Part shown: positions 10,238 through 22,235 of the stretch, piece by piece | Numbering within the stretch: position 1 is the stretch's first letter | How the letters are laid out: each line of letters begins with the position of its first letter | Assembly: GCA_965112155.1 (NCBI GenBank) | Contig: OZ218102.1 | Source of the DNA: Podarcis liolepis | Taxonomy: Eukaryota | DNA: 64,000 nt | Direction: 5' to 3' (one strand) | Program-made: the position numbers and the translations under genes | The notes under the pieces: model-generated | Told to the model about the DNA's origin: nothing | The model's database searches: none | What the model saw: the letters and a program-made list of their open reading frames with translations, nothing else

Positions 10238-12743
10238 TATTGTAAAGCTAGGCCTGCATGACCTCCCCCCCCCAAAAATATCAATAAATGGTGGGAAGTG
10301 TTTGTGCGGGCCCACACTATGCCCAGTGATTTGAACCAAATGATGAATTACTGTCAACAAAATAATGCAGTAAAATGGAATCCTATGAGTCACACTTATG
10401 TTCATAAGAACTTGCTTCTCAGGAATTATGGCTGATCACATGTGAAATCTGCTGAATCCATTTATGTACACAAAGTTGGAAGTCCACAAAGCAATTCACT
10501 TTGATAGAAACAAGGCTATACCTTAAATGGCAAGTCCTGCAAGTACAGGACTTGGCAGGGGGTGGGGGTGGGGTACTGAATTCTAAGGGTTTGCTCCCAT
10601 CCTGCTTCACTAGCTGCCTCTCATCTTTACTTGGCAATATTAAGAAGGCAGCAATCAAATCTGCAGGTAAAAGAAAAATACCTCGGGATTATACAAGAGT
10701 CTCTGGGGAGTGGTAGGCTAAGCCAAGATACCTATAAAGACAAAGGCCTTTTGGTAGCTTCACAATCATCCATCATAATTCTTTTCATATAGAGTTCAAT
10801 TTACTCTAGACAAAGATTTGCTGATGTACTTGAAGGGAAAATGTAACAGCCTGTGAAATCTATAGCTATCACACACAAACACATATTTTATGCATAATGT
10901 AATTTTATTTAGATGGATAACTATGGAAAGTGCCTCACTATTGACTGCCTCACTCACTCATGGGGAAGTCACAATTGATAGGACACATCAGCAAAATTCC
11001 AGAAAGCAGAATAGGGTACAAAAGGCTGCCCAAGACTCAGAGCTCCTTGTTTGTCCAAATGAGTCATACTCAGAGTAGGCACATTGAAATTAACAGACAT
11101 AACTAATTTGGGCCCCTTACTGTCAGTGGGTTTACTTTGAGTAGAACTTAGGGTACATTCGGACATGGGAATTACTATTATCCCACTAGATTTCCGGAAG
11201 CGGCTTTCACGTCCTGTGAAAGATCACATCAGATGCAAAAGTGATCAGGTAAGGAAACACAGAGAAAACGGAATAAAGGGCTGTCTGAATGCAACCCTAG
11301 TTAGAGACAACAGTTGGTATGTCTGAAAAGAGGTGCATTTGTACATCTAATAATCCAACTTAGGTCATGGAGTTTCCCTCACAGTCTAGTCACTGGACAC
11401 ATGGGACAGGCTGTCAGGCAGGAAGAATTCTGTTCCTCCTTCACATGTTTGCATCAGTCCTGATGGGGGTTCCCAGTAGCCAGGGAAGGGGATTATTATG
11501 CTGTTTGTCTCAGTAGCAACGGTATCTGCACTCACAGCAGCTTTCTTCTCCCAAACAACTCCAGAGAGTGATTTCAAGCAAGAAAAGGACCAGTGAGAGA
11601 AGGGTTAAACCTCCCCTTGCCCTTTTGTCATTGCCACTTAAGCTGCCTCAGGCAGCAAGCAAACAAAAAAGAACATGGAAGTCTACTTAAATATAGTTTG
11701 AGCCTAAGAGACCAAGCAAACTATGAGAAGATAAACAATATGTTAATAGTCACTCAGCCATGGCCAAACACAAAAGGAAGACAGGGAACAATGTCCTCCT
11801 CTGCCTTGGAGAACTGGTTTAGTTAGTAAGGAAGATACTGAAATAAAAGGTTTTTAATTCAGTGTGTTACTGACATCGAGTGCTTTGACCTGCCTGTGCA
11901 ACAGCCTGCCCAACTTGTGGTCCACTCAATGAGCTACATTACATCCCTCAACCATGTATGGCAATATTCCTAGGCAGTCAGCAAGGATAATAAGCCTACT
12001 GAGCCCTTGGGTGGGTTGTGTTTAGTTTGATGGGCCAGAGGTTGCTCCAAAAGACAAATCCACAGAAGATCTGGGCTCTCGTTTTGGGGAGTGGGGGCAT
12101 TTAGAACTTACCAGCTGCCATGGAATTTAAAATGCTTTGTATTTAAACTCCTTGAACATGCAGTTCAAGAGTCAAGGACCATCAAGAGGTTTCTGAACCA
12201 CAACCCCCATCACCACGTCTGGCAAGTGGCCGTGCTGTCTGGGGATGTTGGGAGTTGCTGTCCATTAGCACCTGAAGGGACCCGTATTCTCCATCTCTAC
12301 TGTAGGTGATGCAACCACACTTGAGATTACAAGGCAGGGGCGCCCAAGAGAGCTTCTCAGAACACCTTCCTTACCGAAATGCAACATAACACCCCTGCAG
12401 TGCTGCCAGTGGGTCTTACTCGCCAGTAGCTGCAGCCACCAGCCTCCCACTTACTCCCGCAACCCAGATGGGAGGGAACATGGCATGCACTAAAACAATT
12501 ATTTTTTTAAAGGCTCTGAGCCTGTGCTGGGGTATTGTTTAGGGGTTTTTGTTGCAGGTTTTTGTTGCTGTTAATGAAATTGATTTTTTTGTATCTTTAT
12601 TTTTAGATCTTATGATTTGTGTGTAAACCATTCCTTTTTCTTGTCTACTTTTTGATGTGTTTTGTTTGTTTGTTTGTTTGTTTGTTGTTTATGACTTTTG
12701 TAATTAGGTAAAGCTGCCTCGGGTGCGGTTCTAACTATGGAAA

Positions 12744-13098
12744 TGTAAAGGTAAAGGGACCCCTGACCATTAGTTCCAGTTGTGGATGACTCTGGGGTTG
12801 CGGCGCTCATCTCGCTTTACTGGCTGAGGGAGCCGGCATACAGCTTCCGGGTCATGTGGCCAGGCATGACTAAGACGCTTCTGGTGAACCAGAGCAGTGC
12901 ACAGAAACGGCGTTCACCTTCCCGCCGGAGCGGTACCTATTTATCTACTTGCACTTTGACATGCTTTTGAACTGATAGGTGGGCAGGAGCAGGGACCGAG
13001 CAACGAGAGCTCACCCCATTACGGGGATTCAAACCACCAACCTTCTGATCAGCAAGTCCTAGGCTCCGTGGTTTAGACTACAACACCACCCACGTCCC
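12744..13098 (-). mobile_element. Sauria SINE, full length
   Basis: Reverse (ACCTTT)n tail through to the GGGACGTGGGTGG head. 14-bp TSD TCTAACTATGGAAA at 12730-12743 and 13099-13112. Confidence 0.95.
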
Positions 13099-13128
13099 TC
13101 TAACTATGGAAAAGCGGCATACAATTAA

Positions 13129-13168
13129 AATGATGATGATGATGATCATGATGATGAAGATGATGATG
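13129..13168 (+). repeat. (ATG)n microsatellite, probably the tail of an L2-type 3' end spanning about 12500-13168
   Basis: Imperfect ATG repeats directly after AAAAGCGGCATACAATTAAA. Confidence 0.8.
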
Positions 13169-13214
13169 CCCCAGCACCCCTCAGTTCAACCTGCACCTTT
13201 GTGCTTTAGTCAGA

Positions 13215-13382
13215 GCGGAATGGACTCCATCAGAAAGTGGTGGACTCTCCTTCCTTGGAGGTTTTTAAGAAGGTTGGGTGGCCATCTGTCAAAGATGCTT
13301 TAGTTGAAATTCCTGCATTGCAGGGGGCTGGACTAGATGACTCTCTGGGTCCCCTTTCTAACTCTACTATGATTCTATGATT
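13215..13382 (+). mobile_element. CR1 LINE 3' end fragment
   Basis: GTGGTGGACTCTCCTTCCTTGGAGGTTTTTAAG...GGACTAGATGAC...ATGATTCTATGATT, the CR1 octamer tail. Confidence 0.85.
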
Positions 13383-13863
13383 GCTGTTTGACTAACAATG
13401 TCTGCCTCTAATATTTCACAGATGAAAATACTTACATTCCCATTCATATGATTCTATGTGTTATAGGGCAAGATACAGAACAGTAAACTGACAATGCTTC
13501 TGGACAGGTCCTTATTGTGGGATTGATGATCCTCATAAGCATTTTTTATTATTTTGCAACATCTACAAGTCCATCATTGGCATCAAAATGCCAGTATGTA
13601 TTTCCCCCTCTCCCATTTAATCTGGATTTACCCTTTCCTGGGAAAATCTGATAAACAAACAGTTGCTAACTATCTGCTTGTAGCATCTCAGTAACCCATC
13701 TGCAAATTAGGCCACCGCTTGGAAGCCCCCAAAACGCCTTTGAGTATATTAAAAGTATTTTTCCTCACTGACTACAGCCTGCCTCCTCTTCGCAGAATAA
13801 AGAAGCTGTGTACATACAAACGCAGAGCGACTTTCATCTGCTACAGTCAGCCTCCCCTGCCCT

Positions 13864-13865
<2 letters not shown>

Positions 13866-13902
<37 letters not shown>
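13866..13902 (+). repeat. (CA)n microsatellite
   Basis: Directly visible dinucleotide run. Confidence 0.95.
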
Positions 13903-13905
<3 letters not shown>

Positions 13906-14149
13906 TTAGTGATTTGCACTTCACTTCCAGACACAGAGGATGGGGCCACTGGAGGAGATGTGGAGAGGAAACAAACAAAAAAAGAGGGGTTTGCAAAATG
14001 GGACTGGACTGAAAAGGCATGCATTTAAATTTCAAACCTCCTTGAGCATGGATGGCGCCTTGGGGCTAGTGCATGGATTGTACAACTCCCTCAAAAACAT
14101 CGATTTTATTCTACTCAGCTGTCTACTTTGCTGAAAATGCATCTTTCGA

Positions 14150-14152
<3 letters not shown>

Positions 14153-14198
<46 letters not shown>
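14153..14198 (+). repeat. (TA)n microsatellite
   Basis: Directly visible dinucleotide run. Confidence 0.95.
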
Positions 14199-14202
<4 letters not shown>

Positions 14203-14354
14203 GCTCTGTCTCAAAGTGTGTCACAGTAATGTTTCCTAGGTTTGAGAGAGAATGAGAACCTCAGAGAGCACAGTTTAGAGAAAACAAAGGCATCCAAGCT
14301 TTACCCAGTTTGTCCTATTTAGCCTGTAAATTGTCCATCAGTACTATGGTGCAA

Positions 14355-14983
14355 TTTGTTTGTTTGTTTCATTATATTTATATACCGCTTGACTGGGGGG
14401 GGGGGGAAACCCCTCAAAGATAGAACATTAAAATTCACAACCATAGTTTAAAACATAAAAAAGTTAAAATACTAAAGCAGGTTAAAATTACCTCAACTTC
14501 CTAAGCATCTGGGTTTGGCTTGTCTTAACAGTAACAGCAGGCACCGAAAAGAGTACAGTGAAGGCACCTTCTTGATCTCAAGTGGCAGGGAGTTCCAAAG
14601 TGCAGACACCGCCACACTAAATGTTGGAGTTAGTACACAAACAGAATGGGTATTATGTAGCCGTGCCAATTCCACTGATTGAAGTGGTCTAGTGGACAAA
14701 TGTGGGGCAAGGCAATTTTGTAGGTAAAGCGGTCCCAAGTTGTTAAGGGATTTATATATGAATAGTAACATCTTGAACTTGGCCCAGTGGCAAATTGGCA
14801 ACCAGTGCAGGTCTCTGAGCACAGGTGTTATATGCTGACAAGGCTTCACTCCTGCCAGCAATCGTGCTGCAACATTCTGCACTAACTGCAGCTTCCCAAT
14901 CAAGCACAAGGGAAGTCCCACACATAGACTGTTGCAGCAATCCAGTCTTGAAATAACCAGCACATGAACTACTCCTGGCAAGG
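14355..14983 (-). mobile_element. L2-clade LINE 3' fragment (C-terminal part of ORF2, decayed)
   Basis: ORF 14493-14981(-) reads VHVLVISRLDCCNSL..GLP....KLQLVQNVAARLL......HITPVLRDLHWLPI, the characteristic post-RT region of L2 ORF2. A 3' UTR and short repeat tail follow. Confidence 0.9.
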
Positions 14984-15159
14984 TTTTGCTTTATGCACCA
15001 AAGGCAGAGGAGCTTGGCAAGAAAATGTGAGGAAGATGCTCGCCCTTAGTTTGAACAACTACGATTTGCCTCCTTAGAAAGCAGACCTTTTGAAAACCTC
15101 CCGGGTTGTAAAACTTCAGTATTTATTTCAAATCACCCAGGTTTGAAGTTTATAATATC

Positions 15160-15533
15160 ATTTGTGAACCTGCATAATTCATATTTTTCCAGATTTTGCA
15201 GTTCAGTTCTCCTGTCAAGTGACATGTACAAAACTGCATATACTAGGGTAGAGGAAAACAGTTTGCAAAAATGTATATATTAGGCAAAACTGCACAGACA
15301 TATGTGCAATAAGAATAAGAATTTTAATATCTATGTACCACCCATCCAACTGGGTTTCCCCAGCCACTCTGGGAGGCTGGGTGTATACTAAGATAAATTC
15401 ACACAAAAATGCAGGTAAATTTTCTCAATGACTTTAAAAAAGAATGCAAATGAATATCGAGAATTTAATTTAAGATTTAAGAATGAAAAACAGAGAAACT
15501 ACGAGAAAAACTGGCAGATTTGCCCATCCCTTG
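15160..15533. mobile_element. Degraded DNA-transposon-like repeat carrying a short inserted L2 tail (about 15310-15385)
   Basis: Ends in GATTTGCCCATCCCT. The insert CCATCCAACTGGGTTTCCCCAGCCACTCTGGG matches the L2 3' end at 25270-25310. Confidence 0.45.
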
Positions 15534-16829
15534 GTCTAATTGCCTAATTTCCAATCCCATATTCCAGGATTTCAGAGATTCTTCTAGCAACTTACAATTC
15601 TCTGTTGTTATAGGATGGTTACACAAATGATCCTGGTAACAGGTGAGCTGACCTTTTTTTCTTCCACACACTAGTTCAACCAGTCAAAAATGATTTAGAT
15701 GGAGAAATATTATTCTGATTAACTTTCCAGAGGAATACCTTTTCCCTGGGATGAAAGGGCTGAACTAAGAACTTCTTTCATCTGCATGGAAAAGCCATGG
15801 GTGGCAATCACATTTATTTATGGCTATCATAAGGCTATTTAATTCCAGGATATTTATGTATATAGGTATGCAAGGACTGAGAAGATGTTTCTATGAACCT
15901 AACCACTTCCAGGTATATTAAAAGGAAATGCAGTGGAATAGCTCAGGGCACAAACTTTCCTGTTCTTCCCTTTTAAGCAGCCCTTTTCATGGATTAAGTA
16001 CAATGGAGAAAAGAGACAGCAAGAACTCCGAAGAGTACATTTTGGTCTCTTTCAGACAGAATGACTGCGAGCATCCGTTCCTGTCCCTCGGTCGGGGAGC
16101 TAGTTCAATGACACTGTCAGTCAGAACCCAAGAGAAAGATCTGAGGTCTTGAAATCTGAACTGGATGTTGAGAAAAGGTCAAGGGCAATTTACACCTACC
16201 AATGCAGCTTCTTATATACCCTAAGGGAATAACTTTGCTGGAGAAGAGGGCAATCTGACAACTCTCACACTGCAGCTGTCATCACATAGATTCTATCTAA
16301 GGGCTCCTTCACACATTACTGGAGCTACTTGGATGGATCTAGGCAGGTAGCAGAATGAGGTGGATCTTGGGCAGTGAAATGCTGAAGAGAGGGATGCCAC
16401 CCCTGAATGCTCCCTGTTAAAAAGCAAAACACCTCCCTGCAAACAGAAAGCCAGCTAATCAGAAACAAGTATTCAAGCCCAACACTTTGTGCTTGTTTTC
16501 TACTTGCAATGAGTTTTTAAACAAAGTTTTTAACATATTTTTTTTAAAGTGATTTCACCACCATCACCAAACCTGCAGTCTGAAGTAGAGCAGTTCATTT
16601 TGCCACTTCATCCTGCTGCATGCGTAAACCAGACCTGCAGCATCAAACGATGAACGACCTGTGTAACTGACAGCTATCACAGAACCCATGCTACAGAACT
16701 TGCACACCACCTACGATCTCACATTGCTCCAAACACAAGCCTCTCAAGGGGATCAGTTCACACATTTAGATGGGAGCTGAGTGATCAGTATTTAAGTCAG
16801 GAGATACTAGGTCATCTAGATGCATGCGT

Positions 16830-18712
16830 GAACCAGCTGAGAAAAGAAATACAGTACTGGGAATAAAACACTGGGCCTCTAGAGCACAGCTCTAGTGATG
16901 GGTGATCTCAAGACAGAGAAAGAAATCAGGGAAACAACCAGAAGCAGAAATACAGTGATAATGGGTGACTTCAATTATCCTCACATTGATCGGGTCAATG
17001 TACATTCAGGTCATAACAAAGGGACAACATTTCTACATACGATAAATGACTGTGTCATATAATAGCCATGGAACCAACAAGACGGGAGAAAACTCTTGAT
17101 TTAATACTGAGCAGTGCCAGGATCTCGTTAGAGTTGCAACTGTTGCCCAAAGGCTTAGGAAGTGTGACCATATACAGGAATGAAAAATGACCTGAAAGAC
17201 AGGAATTGGATGCTGCGGCTGATAATGTTGTTGATGGTAATAAAAAAATGCTGATTAGTAAATTGGAAGTTGAAAGGAGATTCAGGAAGGCTGTAGTCCC
17301 TCCAAAAAGTTCCAAGGTTATTCAAAACCAGGGCTTGCTCACCCACTCATAGAAATCTTTAAATGTATGAGTTTTTGATTAATTAATTGACTGAATCTGC
17401 ACACCTTCTAGAAGATGCATGCATATGTTATAGGAAACAGAATCATAGAATTGTAGAATTGGAAGGGACACCAAGAGTCATCTAGTCCAACCCCTGTGAT
17501 GCAGGAATCAAAATAGAGGTGTCAGAATTGGAAAAATATTCCCCCTTCTTTCACACCTGCAGGAGGGAAAGACACTTTTAAGGTATGTATTACGCATGAG
17601 AAAACAGAATGTTATTAATATCAATTGCCTCCCCCCCCCAAAAAAAATCTGCTGCCTGTTTACCTGGGGATTATTATTTTAGTCTATCAGAGTGTTTTTT
17701 TAAATGATGGATCTACTTAATGAATTGATTTAATATTGCAGTTCTATTCAAAACCACTAATAAAGGCCTAGATAGAAATGCATACAATCAGGTAAAAAAA
17801 GAGATCCCTTTAAGAGGTTGCCAACATGGTCTAAATAGCAAATTCAAAAAAACAACCCAAAAACTTTCTTTCAAAAGTGGAAGCTATTCCAAAATGAAGA
17901 AAACAAACAAACAAGCTTTAGCAAAGCAAACACATCAGCGATAAGGCAAGGAATATGAAGAGGGAAATTCCTGACGGCATAAGAACAACCCAAGATCAAA
18001 TCTTTAAATGCATCAGAGAAAAACAAACCACCCTAGAGGGCTGTACAACTTTTAGATAACTGAATAACAAACATTGCAGAGAGGATAAATGAATTCTTTA
18101 CGTTGGCCCTAACTGGGGAAGATGTTGGAGACATAAACCCACCAGAACATTGTTTTTAGAATAGGTATCAGAGGAGCAATGTCAAATAGAGAGGGAAAGA
18201 TGGTGTTATAGAAAAAAGATGATGTGATTGACAAATTACAAATCAACAAGTTGGCAGGGCCAAATGGCTTTCACTCAACTGGTCTTAAAAGAACTCAAAG
18301 GTGGAACTGCTGATCTTTGAACAAAAATCTGCAACACCATTAAAATCAGGTAATTGGAAGCTGACATGTAAAACCATTTACATGCTGCATTCTGATCCTA
18401 TCCGATGTCATGGGGAAATCTGAAATATCTCGCTGCCCTTCAGGAGATATTGCCACAGTAATCAACTGAATTCAAAGGTGGCAAGCACATTTGTGTAGAT
18501 CCATTTATAAACATTGTGAATGACATGGAGAAAGTTCTCTCCTCCACCAACACCAACTCTTTTCCCTTTCCTCCACTTAAATTGATTGGCAGCAGCTTCA
18601 GGACAAGACAAAAGAACATTATAGGTCACATAATACATATTTACTCATGGAATTTACCTACAGCAGATGTGATGATAGCTGCTGCCTTAGATGGCTATAG
18701 AGGAGGATTAGG
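16830..18712 (+). mobile_element. Old fragmented CR1 LINE (endonuclease, linker and C-terminal remnants; RT core missing; interrupted about 17330-17760)
   Basis: Remnant peptides: VIMGDFNYPHID (about 16955), EPTRREKTLDLIL (about 17071), NEFF..LTGED (about 18090), KLQINKLAGPNGFH..LK (about 18235) and LKLIGSSFRT...WNLP..DV...LDG..GGL (about 18575-18710). Many frameshifts and stops. Confidence 0.85.
17438..17510 (-). mobile_element. CR1 3' tail fragment inserted in the older CR1
   Basis: AGAATCATAGAATTGTAGAATTGGAAGGGACACC...TCATCTAGTCCAACCCC. Confidence 0.8.
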
Positions 18713-18995
18713 TGTCCCCATTGTTATGCTGTGTGAATTGTTTACAACAGGCATTTGGGCTGGTGTCTAAAATGCAGAAAACTGGAGTTAAGGTAAACAA
18801 ACCATAGTCTTCTGTTAATCTTCCTTTTTGTGACCTTAACACAAAGAGCAAAATATTGTGTGCAGACATTTATAAACAGTAATCTGTTAGGAATCGTGGT
18901 AGATATATGGAAAGAATCAAACAAATTAAATGACCTGCTTGCTACAACATAAGATTTGGAAGTCTTCATGAATGGTAAACTGAGTCCCTCTAAAT

Positions 18996-19831
18996 CAGTG
19001 TTTCCCAACCAGTGTTCCGCGGCACACTAGTGTGCCGCGAGACGTTGCCTGGTGTGCCGTGGGAGGGAGGCGGGCGAGTCGGACGGCGAGAGGCGGGGCG
19101 GCGGCGGCGAGGAGAGGCCGCCCAGCGCGGGGCTCTCGCCGTCTGCCTGCCTGGCTGCCTGCGTGGCGCTGACGTCACGGGGCTGTAACGTGCCCCACAT
19201 AGGCACACGCGGGGCGGCGAGCGAGCTCCCTCCCACATCCCATCGCCGCTCGCTTCGGCCGGCCTACTGGGCTGTCGCAGGCGGAAGGCCTGCGCATGCG
19301 CGAGGTTTTCGCGCCTTCGGGATTCCCTTCACGCCTTCCTCCTCCCGGGTCCTTGAGAGCGCGGGAAGCGGCAGCGCGAGACCGGCGTTGAGCCTGGTAG
19401 GTATTGCGCTTGCCAAGGCAGTCATTTGGGAAATGAAAACTTGCAAAGCAAGCAACCAGTTCAATCTGAAGTACGTGTATGCTTAATATCCTGTATCTGA
19501 AACCTGTTCTGCCCCCTCCCCCACACTTGGTGCCATTTTCATCTACACATGCAGCAGAGTAAGTTGACCCAGAATAGTACCAATTCAGATGGCAGATGGG
19601 AGAATGACAGTGCTGAATGCTTCCCCATGTAGAACAGTCCCTGCAAATAAAAACCTAGCATATTTGGAAGAGGGATGCTAACCTAACCATTACCTTCTAT
19701 GCTGTTACTATTTTTTTATTTTTTTTTACATAAGTAAAAAGTGACCTTTCCCCATATGGCATGGTGGTGTGCCTCGAGATTTTTTTCATGAAACAAGTGT
19801 GCCTTTGCCCAAAAAAGGTTGGGAAACACTG
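18996..19831 (+). mobile_element. Non-autonomous hAT (Charlie/Buster-type) element with CpG-island-like cargo
   Basis: Perfect 15-bp TIRs CAGTGTTTCCCAACC. Perfect 8-bp TSD CTCTAAAT (18988-18995, 19832-19839) of NNNTANNN type. Subterminal TGTGCC repeats. Confidence 0.95.
19166..19402 (+). promoter_or_regulatory. Promoter-like motif cluster and splice donor carried inside the hAT element
   Basis: CRE TGACGTCA 19170-19177; ETS-like GCGGAAG about 19281; NRF1-like TGCGCATGCGC 19291-19301; E2F TTTCGCGC 19307-19314; E2F-like GCGCGGGAA 19359-19367; donor CTG|GTAGGT at 19397, followed by AT-richer sequence. Function is inferred from motifs only. Confidence 0.55.
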
Positions 19832-20372
19832 CTCTAAATTATGGAAGAAACCTAACCTAGATCATTTGTGTGCACTAATTCACTGTTTCTTATTCCACGA
19901 GAACTGCTGGAACACAGCCCTCCCATGGAGAATGTCAAGCAATTTTAAACCCCACCCCCCCATTTGTTTTGTCGTTTGTTTCATGACTTTGCTAGAGGGA
20001 TCGCAAGCAACGGTGGACAGTGTGTGTGTATTTCTAAAATAAAAATCTCCCCCCCCCTTTTACTTAATAATTTCAGTTATTTTGTGAATTGGATTGGAGG
20101 AGAAATGATAGATGACTTGTGCATGTACTGCAGTAAATTCTATATTAACCATTTCCCTGAATTCACCCACTAGAAGCTGAGGCATCTGAAATTCCAGAGG
20201 ATTTTCCAGAAGGCTTTCAGGTCCTGGGTATGCACGTCCTTAAAAGGATCTGGCAACCAATCTGCCCCTTTGGTTTCTGATCGTACATGAATAGATAAGT
20301 CTCAAAAGCCCGGGATGCAAATTTTCACAGCTGTCTAACAGGTATGATGGCTCTTTTACCTGAAGTAATGTG

Positions 20373-20623
20373 CAGTCATACCTTGGTTTTCAACAGCCTA
20401 GTTCTCGAACGTTTTGACTCCCGAATGATCGAAACCTGGAAGTGAGTGTTCCAGTTTTTAGACATTCTTTCGGAAGCCGAACATGTGACAGGGCTTCCGC
20501 AGCTTCTGATTGGCTGCAAGAGCTTCCTGCAGCCAATCAGAAGCCGTGCTTTGGTTTCTGAACGTTTTGGAAGTCAAACAGACTTCTGGAACGGATTCCA
20601 TTCTGACTTCCAAGGTACGGCTG
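20373..20623. mobile_element. Tc1/mariner-type MITE (family B)
   Basis: Inverted termini CAGTCATACCTTGG...CCAAGGTACGGCTG-TA. Internal palindrome GCTTCTGATTGGCTGCA...TGCAGCCAATCAGAAGC. Confidence 0.8.
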
Positions 20624-21680
20624 TACAGTATTTAGTGTTAACTCTGTAAGTGTATACTCAATTAAGACCAAACAAAGCCTCTTAGAGCAAAATATACGTT
20701 AGGAGTCTTTGTTGGTCAGAAACAAGTATACACTTCCAGAGTTAACACTTAATATACTACTTCGGGTAAATGAGCCACCATAGCTACTAGAAGGCCATGA
20801 AAATTTGTGTCCTGGGCTTTTTAAACTCATCTAAAACCAAAGGGGTGCATTGGTTGCCAGATGTGAAATATATTGACATTATTTTCAGCCCTCCTACCCC
20901 ACTAAGTTGGAAAAAGGATGTTCGAATAACTGGACCATCGGTTTGATACTAAGCTGAACCAGAATTGAATATGCCATTTAGACAAAGGATGTGAGATAAA
21001 TACAGCTTCTTGCTTTTGAAATGCCTCATGATGGAACTTCATGAATACAATCTGAAGACGAGTGGGCTGAATATGAGGTAGAACACATTATTGCCATACA
21101 AAAGGTCCCAGGCTGAATCCAGAGCATCTCCACTTAAAGGGTCTTTACAAAGCAAAGTGACAAAAACACCTCCACCTATTGACTTGGCTGCCATGTGCAG
21201 TGAAAACACACAATACTGAGCTAGGCAGACCAATGTCCTGATTCAGTACATAAGGCAAATCCGTATATTCACTATTTAATATATCCACGCAGAACGCAGG
21301 GATAAAATGTGTCTGAGGGCTGCTGGTTTCAAGACTTCCCCAGTGATATGTGGCTCATACAGATTACTTTGAAGTCCAAAGATGAAAGCGTTGCCAGAAG
21401 CATGCAAAGGTATTACAGCTGCATTGTAAGAACTGGTTCCACAGAGTTTTTTCCTCCCTCCATCCTTTGTGAATTAGAAAGATGACCATTTCCCGTAATT
21501 CTTCACCATGCCTATGGCTTGGTCTCAACTGCTGCATGATATGGTACCTTAGAAGCTGCATATAAACCTGAGAGAGGATGAGGGTGTGCGTATGTGTGTA
21601 TACTTATATAGAATACTACCCAAGGTTGATATAGACAGAGAATACTTTTGCAAGGTTGGTTTTTAAAGGAACACCTACAG

Positions 21681-21816
21681 CAGGCATAGGCAAACTCGGC
21701 TCTCCAGATGTTTTTGGTCTTCAACTCCCATGATCCCTAGCTATAAGGACCAGTGGTCAGGGATGATGGGCATTGTAGTCCCAAAACATCTGGAGGGCCT
21801 GGTTTGCCTATGCCAG
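21681..21816. mobile_element. Palindromic hAT MITE
   Basis: TIRs CAGGCATAGGCAAAC...GTTTGCCTATGCCAG. TSD ACCTACAG/ACCTACTG with one mismatch. The whole element is quasi-palindromic. Confidence 0.88.
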
Positions 21817-22162
21817 ACCTACTGCAGCTTAATACTAACTACATCTACTCATTACCAAGTAAGGACTGCAGATGCAACTGTGAATCAAAACAACTCTTCA
21901 TCCTGCAAAGAAAATGGTCCAATTTCCAGTTTAAAAGGATCTCTGGTAGCAATGTGGAAAGCCTCAGCCTGGGAACTTGGGAGGCTTGTGTCAACACTAT
22001 TTAGAGCAGGCAATGCTGTCCAACCTGGTCTGACTCAGTGTGAGGCAGCTTCAATAGTGCAGCCCAGTTTGCTTGTCATTCAGCTACACAGGCTGAAACT
22101 CCCTCTTCTTTAACAATTGTTAAAGGTTGAGGAGGCCTGTCCTCTTTTTCAGCTGGACACCC

Positions 22163-22235
22163 TTTTTGCTGGCATCCGTATGTCTCAAGAAACAATGGAG
22201 TGTGCCTCCGGGGGTGAAGTCAAACCGCAGCGTTA
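22163..22235 (-). mobile_element. 3' fragment of the retroelement family also at 53262-53675
   Basis: TGGCATCCGTATGTCTCAAGAAACAATGGAG...GGGTGAAGTCAAACC is the reverse complement of about 53600-53670. Confidence 0.7.

Noticed and set aside
9766-10405. ORFs of 73-133 aa around 10 kb
   Set aside because: They span a SINE and a GC-rich hairpin array in a non-autonomous mariner element.
14493-14981. 162-aa ORF as a functional gene
   Set aside because: It is the C-terminal remnant of a 5'-truncated L2 ORF2, with no RT core or endonuclease.
19027-19486. GC-rich ORFs (144 aa and overlapping ones) as a gene or transposase
   Set aside because: Low-complexity Arg/Gly/Ala/Pro translations, open on both strands because of GC content, inside a TIR/TSD-bounded element. 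No hAT transposase motifs.
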